Assembly (NCBI GenBank): GCA_964458565.1
Contig: CAYWJO010000070.1
Coordinates: 1 to 11,873 of the forward strand
Direction of reading: 5' to 3'
Source: an uncultured archaeon
GTDB lineage: Archaea > Asgardarchaeota > Thorarchaeia > Thorarchaeales > Thorarchaeaceae
DNA length: 11,873 nucleotides
Under the pieces are notes generated by a model. That model did no database searches and was not told the DNA's origin. It saw nothing but the letters and a program-made list of their open reading frames with translations. Made by a program: the position numbers and the translations under genes. Shown in pieces: positions 1-6,133 of this stretch (the stretch's first letter is position 1; the number at the start of each line of letters is the position of its first letter).

Positions 1-53
1 AATGATTTGTATATCGTTTTTGGCTAAGGTCCTCCTTCACGACTCTGATGATG

Positions 54-935
54 CTATATATGGCAGAACTCTTCAAACAGAGCTGCTCTTGTCCAGGGCC
101 AGCCCCATTTGCTAACAGAATCCATAATTTCGTTTTTACTAGGTATGGTGACAGATCCTAGACCTGTCGATCCTGTCTCAATATACCAATCCAACTCCTC
201 CAGATAGAAAGTATGGTAGAGCCCACTCTCGAAGAGGGTTTTCCAGTTAAACCCTATCCTGACCAAATTAAGAATCTCTTCTCGGACTCTTTGACTGGAT
301 AACAGGCCATCACTAAATAGAATGTCTAAGAGCGTGTTACCTACCAACGATTCTGAACCTTTAGCATAGCTTTCCTCGATGTTTGGAATAGCGGCAGCAA
401 TGCTCTCCTGCATTATCTCTGTACTCATGAGTTTTGGGCATCTTTCAAAAAGGAAAGGAAGATAATAATGAAATTTCTGTTCGTATGTGATTATGCCTGC
501 TATGATATCAGCGTGGGGTGCTAAAATCTCATCTACCTCATTGATGGCCTCTTGGTCAGTCAAAGACTCAAGCTTCTCTATGAACATAACAAATATTTCA
601 TCAAGCACGCCAAATTTATTCGCTAGTTCGATATCCCTAAATGTGAGATTACCAATTCTTTCGATTATATTTGTTAAACCGATCTGTAATAATTCATCAT
701 CATTAAGAGGGCCATGCCTCTCCAAAAACTCGGTAAGCACTTTATCTGCACATGATTCAAAAAGTTGAAAATAAGTTTGATCCTCTCTCCCTTGCAGAGA
801 TTGAATAAAATCAATTATGCGATCTGTTATGGTAGGCCGCTCCTGTTCTTGTCTAATTTGATCCATTACCCTTTGGAATTTATCATCCTGTTCTCGATTC
901 TCTTTCCCGTCTTCAGAACCCTCTTCTTCCCTCAT
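54..935 (-). CDS. Acidic, probably alpha-helical hypothetical protein (293 aa)
   Basis: Long ORF with ATG start 6 nt downstream of the RPA-like gene stop, so likely co-transcribed. No recognisable motif. Confidence 0.8.
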   Translation of the reverse strand: MREEEGSEDGKENREQDDKFQRVMDQIRQEQERPTITDRIIDFIQSLQGREDQTYFQLFESCADKVLTEFLERHGPLNDDELLQIGLTNIIERIGNLTFRDIELANKFGVLDEIFVMFIEKLESLTDQEAINEVDEILAPHADIIAGIITYEQKFHYYLPFLFERCPKLMSTEIMQESIAAAIPNIEESYAKGSESLVGNTLLDILFSDGLLSSQRVREEILNLVRIGFNWKTLFESGLYHTFYLEELDWYIETGSTGLGSVTIPSKNEIMDSVSKWGWPWTRAALFEEFCHI

Positions 936-941
936 GGTCAG

Positions 942-1694
942 TCACCGATACACAGTATCCTGTCGCGATAAGTCTTTCCAATCTTTTTCCGCACTCTGCT
1001 CGGGAACATACCTCCCAATCCTAACTTCCTCAATTACCCTCGCCTTCTGCAACGACAGGACCACCATGTTGATTTCAAGCCGTGAGTACTCACGAGCCTC
1101 AAAATATCCTGCAATATCCAAGATGGACACACCATCTCTCCCTGCATGTTCCCTGATGAACTCAAGAATCAGGTCAGTGAGAGGCAGTTCAAACTCCTCT
1201 TTCCTCGTCTGCGTATCCGGAAGTTCAGCTCTCTTGCGAATGATCTCATCAAGACTCGGATACCGCTTCATCTTCCCCGAAGAAGGCCACTCACCTCTTG
1301 CATGCAGGATTCCTCGTATCCTCTCATACAGGTGCAGCGTCAGCTCGTTCGGGTCCACAATCTCATTCACCATCTCAGCAGCCAGATAGACCTCTCCCTC
1401 ATATGACCTAATCTTTCCAATGACTCGAATGGGAGTGCGAATCCGGACATTGAACGCGATTCCCGTGTCGTACCCCCAAGCCTTCCCACGGATCACTCCC
1501 GTCCCATCATCGATGGTCATGCTGAGATACTTGTCCTCAAGGTGAAGCATGTCCATGAGAAAACCTACTATGACAACCCTTCGTAGCACTAGACCATGCG
1601 GTGAGAGGACAAAGGGTCCTGTGTCCTTCTTGAGTTCACCTTCGAGTACATCTGCAATGGTCACACGCGTAGCGACCAGTCTTTCAAAGGGCAA
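942..1694 (-). CDS. rpa32: Replication protein A, RPA32-like subunit (OB-fold ssDNA-binding domain plus probable C-terminal winged helix)
   Basis: OB-fold signature RRVVIVG...MTIDDGTGVIRGKAW...IRVIGKIRSYEGEVYL...IVDPNELTLHLYE typical of RPA32/RPA2. C-terminal ILEFIREH-GVSILDIA...LQKARVIEEVRIGRY resembles a wHTH. TTG start with AAGGTG RBS (1703-1708) 8 nt upstream. Confidence 0.88.
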   Translation of the reverse strand: MPFERLVATRVTIADVLEGELKKDTGPFVLSPHGLVLRRVVIVGFLMDMLHLEDKYLSMTIDDGTGVIRGKAWGYDTGIAFNVRIRTPIRVIGKIRSYEGEVYLAAEMVNEIVDPNELTLHLYERIRGILHARGEWPSSGKMKRYPSLDEIIRKRAELPDTQTRKEEFELPLTDLILEFIREHAGRDGVSILDIAGYFEAREYSRLEINMVVLSLQKARVIEEVRIGRYVPEQSAEKDWKDLSRQDTVYR

Positions 1695-1756
1695 CCGATA
1701 AACACCTTAGACTTGTGCACATCCGAACTGGTGGTGGGTCTGACGCGGGTTGCCTA
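1690..1756 (-). promoter_or_regulatory. Putative structured 5' leader of RPA mRNA (about 62 nt) whose 5' end can pair with the start codon
   Basis: Inverted repeat GGCAACC (1690-1696, includes the TTG) / GGTTGCC (1748-1754), inner AGAC/GTCT pairing and palindrome TGTGCACA (1714-1721). All are invariant in both repeat copies. Confidence 0.5.
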
Positions 1757-1779
1757 GAACAAACTAGAGTCGTGTTGGG

Positions 1780-1795
1780 TTGTTTTAAGCACCTA
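1780..1795 (-). promoter_or_regulatory. Candidate archaeal TATA box for RPA (CTTAAAA on minus strand, 1783-1789)
   Basis: Island of conservation between the repeat copies, about 27-33 nt upstream of where the high-identity block begins (1756). This fits archaeal TATA-to-TSS spacing. Confidence 0.55.
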
Positions 1796-1933
1796 CACTG
1801 TTTTTTCTGACAACTAGAATCAATCATAATCTTGCTCATAGTTGCTAATAGAACATATTTCTCGGAGAAAATAATAATAGCGTAGGTAGTGATGGATTAG
1901 AAAATAACGATTGAAAATTGAAGGCGTTGTCTA

Positions 1934-2809
1934 TTGGTGATAGTAACAGAAACAATCAATGGGATTGAAGTTGTTGGAACCTGGATGAACAGTGTTCTAG
2001 TTGAACACAAAACAAATACGATTCATTTCGATTTAGATTATCATTCTGACGATTCCAATAGTTACAATGCACTAGTGAGAGGTTGGTGTCCATTTTGTCG
2101 TCCAACAAAGGAACAAGTCGAAGATGGTTATGCAGCTCTTCGGTTACGAGTTTTCATTAAACACGGAGAACCTACTCTATACTGGGAACATCTTGCAAGA
2201 TATATGCCACGGGATTTAGATGGATGTGGAGAAATATTTCGTGTTCAGTCCATTGAGGAAAGAAATAGCAAAAGAGAGATGGTCAACTGCAGACACTGTT
2301 TTCATTTTAAAAGTCAGGCAGACATGGAGAAGCTCTACCCATCATTTAGTATGGAAGAATTTTGGGGAAAATACAAGTGGCAATATCATGTTACAAACAA
2401 ACCAAGCTATTGCCTTGCACGTAACTTTGCAGTAGATAGAGATACAGAATGGTTCATAGATTCCAAAATTGCGGATAGAGCCGGATTTGTGAATGGCACC
2501 CATCGTGGTGGTATCTCTCCACACTGTCATATGTATCGAGATATCAATGAATGGCAATACCCAACACAAGAACAGATAATTGAATGGTCTAGAAAGCTTG
2601 CTCATAAATCCAAGAAATTGCCAAAGAAAAAATCAGTAAAGAGGATGACGAGGACATGTTCATGTGGTAGAACCATGAGTATGGAGCGAATATTCTGCCC
2701 ATCATGCGGCAGAAGACTTGCTCGTTCTGGATTTAGAATTTGCGAAAAATGTGGTCAAAAAATGGATGCAGGAGACCAATTCTGTGGTAACTGTGGACAC
2801 AGAAAATAA
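1934..2809 (+). CDS. Cys/His-rich hypothetical protein with C-terminal double zinc ribbon (291 aa)
   Basis: C-terminal CSC..FCPSCG..CEKCG..FCGNCG (double zinc ribbon). Additional CPFC...H...C and CRHC...C...C clusters and a basic linker KKLPKKKSVKR. Start could be TTG 1934 or GTG 1937. Confidence 0.85.
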   Translation: MVIVTETINGIEVVGTWMNSVLVEHKTNTIHFDLDYHSDDSNSYNALVRGWCPFCRPTKEQVEDGYAALRLRVFIKHGEPTLYWEHLARYMPRDLDGCGEIFRVQSIEERNSKREMVNCRHCFHFKSQADMEKLYPSFSMEEFWGKYKWQYHVTNKPSYCLARNFAVDRDTEWFIDSKIADRAGFVNGTHRGGISPHCHMYRDINEWQYPTQEQIIEWSRKLAHKSKKLPKKKSVKRMTRTCSCGRTMSMERIFCPSCGRRLARSGFRICEKCGQKMDAGDQFCGNCGHRK

Positions 2810-2846
2810 TTATCACACGCGTAGCGACCAGTCTTTCAAAGGGCAA
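2733..2846 (-). pseudogene. Displaced 5' fragment of the RPA gene (MPFERLVATRV) reading on into a 37-aa chimeric ORF antisense to the zinc-ribbon gene end
   Basis: TTG at 2846 with intact AAGGTG RBS. Translation is MPFERLVATRVIIIFCVHSYHRIGLLHPFFDHIFRKF*, and the first 11 aa are identical to RPA. Confidence 0.7.
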
Positions 2847-2945
2847 CCGGTTAACACCTTAGACTTGTGCACATCCGAACAGCAGGTGGGTCTGACGCGG
2901 GTTGCCTAACAATACTGAGTATTATTAGATTGTTTTAAACACCTA
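2813..2945. repeat. Direct repeat copy 2 (orphan copy of RPA 5' end, leader and promoter)
   Basis: Begins 3 nt after the stop codon of 1934..2809. The first 37 nt are identical to 1661-1697. Offset is 1152 bp. Confidence 0.97.
2906..2945 (-). promoter_or_regulatory. TATA box (TTTAAAA, 2933-2939) plus 23-bp operator-like palindrome (2906-2928)
   Basis: CTAACAATACT-G-AGTATTATTAG has 10 of 11 symmetric pairs complementary. It lies between the TATA box and the inferred TSS. Confidence 0.5.
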
Positions 2946-3103
2946 TAGGAGAACCCATTTGTGTCTAATGTTTCTAAGTTGGAATCTACAAGTAGTTCTC
3001 AATACTTTAAAGAATGAATCCATAATAATTCTCTATATTATCTCGAAATTATTGAGAGCAAATCTCTTATCTCAAAAAAACCTGTATAATCCTGGGTGTT
3101 ATC

Positions 3104-4234
3104 TTGGAGAATGGGGAATTAATCCATGTAATGTTCAACAAAGGATACTATCTTCTTGAAATACTAGATGTAATCTATCCCAATGGATATTCCAATGAGA
3201 GTCTCAATGCAGTCCTTTCGTTTCTAGGTTTTCAAAACAGAAATGAGTACAAGGAAGCAAATTCTGAAATATATCAAATGATGTTGTCTGAAGCAAAAAG
3301 AGAAGCACAGAAATTCGAAAATGCTGAAATTTTAAATCAAATCAATGAAATCTTCAGTACAGAACTACCAAAATTAGATAAAATAAGACGGATTATATTT
3401 CCAGATTTATATGAAGTAAAGCGAGACAGGGTTGAGCGACTTTATAGAAAGAAAGTCATTGATTTCATTATATTGAAAGCTCTACAGTGTGATGACTGGG
3501 ATGAGTACAATCGATTAAGGAGAAACACAAGATTACGTATTAATTATCGCAGAAAAAAGGGAAGTGGATTCATTGATATTAAAGATTCAATTATTGAGAG
3601 AGATTGTAGTAAATGTGTAATCAGTGGAGAAGCTGAGTATTTGGAGATTCACCATATAGATGGGAATGATGAAAACAACGATCCCTCAAATCTTATCACC
3701 GTCACAAAAGAAGTACAACTAGCAATTCACAATGGAGCAAGAGGACTCACTGAAGATAGAATGAAATTTCATGAACAGCACAACCCAAGATATGCAAAAC
3801 TAGTAAAGAAACGACTTGAGTATCTGAAGAAGTATGTACAGTATCTAATGAAAATCGGACATGAAAATGTTTGTTTAGAAAGTATTCCTGCAGATATATT
3901 GTTTGGGATAAATCTGCACAGAACACTTCATATCAATGCTCGAGGAAAAAGAAGATCTGGATATTATTGGGTAGTAGTATTAAAACCAACAGGTTTTCAT
4001 GAGCAGCCTCATTTCACTCCCAAAGAAAGTAGGTATGACTATCTCAATGATGAGTATGGCGAGATAGAATTTGATGAAGACTTCCAATTTGGAGATACGA
4101 TGAAGACTGAAAAAGTGAAGACATGTCCAAAATGTGGAGGTCAGACACTCCGAGCTTATCTCACCCCGGGTGGTGAGTATTATGAATGTGATAAATGTAG
4201 AGATGAACAGGTAGCTAAGGAAAAAAGAACCTGA
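3104..4234 (+). CDS. HNH endonuclease domain protein with C-terminal zinc ribbon (376 aa; start may be ATG 3131)
   Basis: IIERDCSKCVISG..YLEIHHIDGNDENNDPSNLITV...AIH is an HNH motif. C-terminal CPKCGG...YYECDKC. AT-rich. Confidence 0.85.
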   Translation: MENGELIHVMFNKGYYLLEILDVIYPNGYSNESLNAVLSFLGFQNRNEYKEANSEIYQMMLSEAKREAQKFENAEILNQINEIFSTELPKLDKIRRIIFPDLYEVKRDRVERLYRKKVIDFIILKALQCDDWDEYNRLRRNTRLRINYRRKKGSGFIDIKDSIIERDCSKCVISGEAEYLEIHHIDGNDENNDPSNLITVTKEVQLAIHNGARGLTEDRMKFHEQHNPRYAKLVKKRLEYLKKYVQYLMKIGHENVCLESIPADILFGINLHRTLHINARGKRRSGYYWVVVLKPTGFHEQPHFTPKESRYDYLNDEYGEIEFDEDFQFGDTMKTEKVKTCPKCGGQTLRAYLTPGGEYYECDKCRDEQVAKEKRT

Positions 4235-4274
4235 AAGTGAATTGATGGATTAAAGTTCAGAGTATTCATATTTC

Positions 4275-4991
4275 TTAGATTTTCAATTCAATCCCTTTAT
4301 CCTTAATCTCATATTGAATAATATCCATCGCATGAGGTGTTTCTCTCATTTTTACAATACGAAGAACACGACTGACTTTTCCATCCTTCTCTTCATAATC
4401 TAGATGGATATATCCATGTGCTGCGTATCGCTCAACTCCGACCCCAGCCTCTTTTATTTCTGAAGTGAGAAGAGTTGTAAATGAGAGCCGTGAGAGTAGT
4501 GCTGCAAGTCCTAACACAGATTTCCTACGACCCTTCTCATCAAGCCCATCAAGAAGTGCTGAAACTGGATCTATGACCAATCGAACTGCACATATCTCAG
4601 TCTGTACCTCCTCAATCCTCTTGAGAACCGTGTCGATATCGAATTTACCAACAGGCAAAGCGAATGGTAAGTTAGGTTTAAGATTTAATCTACCCGAAAA
4701 TGCATCTATTATAATCAACTGACCAAGTTTCATGTATTTTTCAAGGTCCCATCCGAGTAAAGCGGCTTCTCGAATAAGGTCATCAGGGCTCTCATCAAGA
4801 CATACATAGATGCATGGTTCAGGTGACTTGGGATTTGAGATTATACCTGCGACTGTGAAATGAAGTGATAGTATCGTTTTTCCTGTTCCAGGTGGACCCT
4901 CTAAAAGAACGGTACGACCACGGGGTATGCCACCAATGAGCATATCGTCCAAGTCATCTATTCCAGTACTACAGCGTTGCTTAGTAACCAA
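4275..4991 (-). CDS. Single-domain KaiC/RAD55-family (RecA superfamily) ATPase
   Basis: STGIDDLDDMLIGGIPRG, Walker A GPPGTGKT, Walker B RLVIDPVS and the KMR motif in LRIVKMRET. GGAGG RBS before TTG. Overlaps the upstream gene by 11 nt. Confidence 0.93.
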   Translation of the reverse strand: MVTKQRCSTGIDDLDDMLIGGIPRGRTVLLEGPPGTGKTILSLHFTVAGIISNPKSPEPCIYVCLDESPDDLIREAALLGWDLEKYMKLGQLIIIDAFSGRLNLKPNLPFALPVGKFDIDTVLKRIEEVQTEICAVRLVIDPVSALLDGLDEKGRRKSVLGLAALLSRLSFTTLLTSEIKEAGVGVERYAAHGYIHLDYEEKDGKVSRVLRIVKMRETPHAMDIIQYEIKDKGIELKI

Positions 4992-5592
4992 GTAGTTTGC
5001 CCTCCTTTATCACATCAGGATGCTTACACGTCCGCCAGAACAGGTCATTCATATCAGGCTCTCGAATTCTCTCCACAGACATCGAAACATTTGATACGTA
5101 TTCGAAGAGAGCGAGCCCTCTTTTACTGTGTACCTCCTTTGCTATGAATGCCATAAAATGGATGTCTGAGAAGTCTGAAGAAATAACGCGAAGTGTCTGA
5201 ACAATCTCATCTTCATCCAGACCATGTGCAATTAGATCTGATGGCGACCACCAGAGCCACCACTTTATCTCTTTATGAGACTGCTTAAGCTTTCGAAGGC
5301 GACTCAAGAAACCCTGTATATCGGCTGGATTCTCAATATATCTCTCATCATCGGAATCAGAGATTCTCCGGCGTAAAGCAGTCTTTGCAGTCAGAGCATG
5401 TCCAGTTGCATCAACTAGTATTATTTCGTCATTCAACTCAAAGGAAATACCCTTTGAATGAACCAATGCCACTTTGGAATTATCTAGGGAGGATAGAATA
5501 CATTGTAAAACTCGATATTCTGTATCTGTTTCGAATGTTATGATACTAATTCCTTCTATGCACCAATCCCCTAGAAAAAATTGAGGTCCCAA
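4981..5592 (-). CDS. Hypothetical protein, probable inactivated KaiC/RecA-fold ATPase (203 aa)
   Basis: No Walker A. Colinear echoes of its neighbour: IILVDA vs IIIDA, LWWSPSDL vs LVIDPVSAL, FEYVSNVSMSVE vs ERYAAHGYIHLD, WRTCKHP vs LRIVKMR. TTG start 1 nt after the upstream stop. Confidence 0.7.
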   Translation of the reverse strand: MGPQFFLGDWCIEGISIITFETDTEYRVLQCILSSLDNSKVALVHSKGISFELNDEIILVDATGHALTAKTALRRRISDSDDERYIENPADIQGFLSRLRKLKQSHKEIKWWLWWSPSDLIAHGLDEDEIVQTLRVISSDFSDIHFMAFIAKEVHSKRGLALFEYVSNVSMSVERIREPDMNDLFWRTCKHPDVIKEGKLLGY

Positions 5593-5593
5593 T

Positions 5594-6133
5594 TCATTCG
5601 ACCCCCTTCAATGAGAGTTGTGTATACATGGGTACACCCTCAATGTCGATTATTTCAATCACCCGAATATCTTCTCTTGGCGCATTCTCTTCTCGATAGA
5701 GACTTTCAACTAGTATATCTCTATCAGATGTGAGAGTCACGCAATGAAGAACCCACTCGTCAACTGACTGTTTTGTGAGAAAGATGGATACTGGAGCATG
5801 ACCTACTCCATTTAGAAGAAATCTCTTGAGGGACTCAACTGTGATATCTAGGTCTTGTTTAAGCTTGTATTGAGTGGGATCTATACTAATCTGGACATGA
5901 ATGGGAATGCCAAAGATTACTGAAGATACTATTGGGATATACCCCTTAACTATGCTATCCTCCTCAAGAACTTGGATTCTTTGACGTGCTGCTTGTCTGG
6001 AAATGCGAAGGACATTACCCATCGTTGCGGGTGCACTCTTCACACACCCTCTTAGTGTGAGTATTGTTTCATTCTTAGTGTCTTTTACCTCTCCATTTTC
6101 TAATGTCCTAATCATCACTTTCACTACTTCCAT
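5594..6133 (-). CDS. Lrp/AsnC-family-like winged HTH transcriptional regulator (start possibly ATG 6115)
   Basis: DTKNETILTL...MGNVLRISRQAARQRIQVLEEDSIVKGYIPIVSSVIFG matches the Lrp/AsnC HTH-plus-linker pattern. Overlaps the upstream stop. Confidence 0.78.
   Translation of the reverse strand: MEVVKVMIRTLENGEVKDTKNETILTLRGCVKSAPATMGNVLRISRQAARQRIQVLEEDSIVKGYIPIVSSVIFGIPIHVQISIDPTQYKLKQDLDITVESLKRFLLNGVGHAPVSIFLTKQSVDEWVLHCVTLTSDRDILVESLYREENAPREDIRVIEIIDIEGVPMYTQLSLKGVE

Larger units (their letters stand above)
1661..1795. repeat. Direct repeat copy 1 (RPA 5' end, leader and promoter; attL/attR-like)
   Basis: 1661-1756 matches 2813-2908 at 91/96 positions (mismatches at 1698, 1700, 1729, 1731, 1732). 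Gapped similarity continues to TTGTTTTAA(G/A)CACCTA ending at 1795/2945. Confidence 0.97.
1665..2816. mobile_element. Putative 1152-bp non-autonomous integrated cassette in the 5' end of the RPA gene
   Basis: One gene between direct repeats that replace the target gene's 5' end. The identity edge lies on the dyad TGGTCAC-ACGCGTA-GCGACCA (1658-1678). No integrase inside the unit or elsewhere in the window. Confidence 0.55.

Noticed and set aside
487-1406. Plus-strand ORFs 487..768, 765..971, 934..1389 and 1146..1406
   Set aside because: They are antisense shadows of the two longer minus-strand genes and have no motifs.
1689-1755. Integron attC site (AAC...GTT inverted ends after a stop codon)
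   Set aside because: The ends GGGCAAC/GTTGCCT do not fit RYYYAAC/GTTRRRY and the R-L spacing is wrong. The repeat extends into RPA coding sequence and promoter, and no IntI is present. Not fully excluded without an attC covariance-model search.
1690-1756. tRNA, C/D-box sRNA or fluoride riboswitch
   Set aside because: There is a 7-bp closing stem but no D/T-arm consensus, a CTGA but no box C, and the fluoride riboswitch core sequence is absent.
1858-1870. TTTCTC-G-GAGAAA palindrome upstream of 1934, and TTATCTC duplicates near 3038/3067
   Set aside because: Short motifs in AT-rich DNA that are plausible by chance, with no supporting second site.
1661-2908. Diversity-generating retroelement TR/VR pair
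   Set aside because: Mismatches are not adenine-specific (A/G, A/T, T/A, G/C, T/A) and lie in non-coding leader rather than a C-terminal coding region. There is no reverse transcriptase in the window.
1661-2945. CRISPR array
   Set aside because: Only two copies of about 100-135 bp, 1152 bp apart, with no repeat-spacer periodicity.
2220-3159. Short ORFs 2220..2435, 2342..2605, 2718..2909 and 2959..3159
   Set aside because: They are nested in or overlap better-supported genes, or run through the repeat and promoter DNA.
4275-4991. Bona fide circadian kaiC or radA/radB
   Set aside because: Single domain, no Ser/Thr phosphosites, no kaiB nearby and no RadA N-terminal domain.
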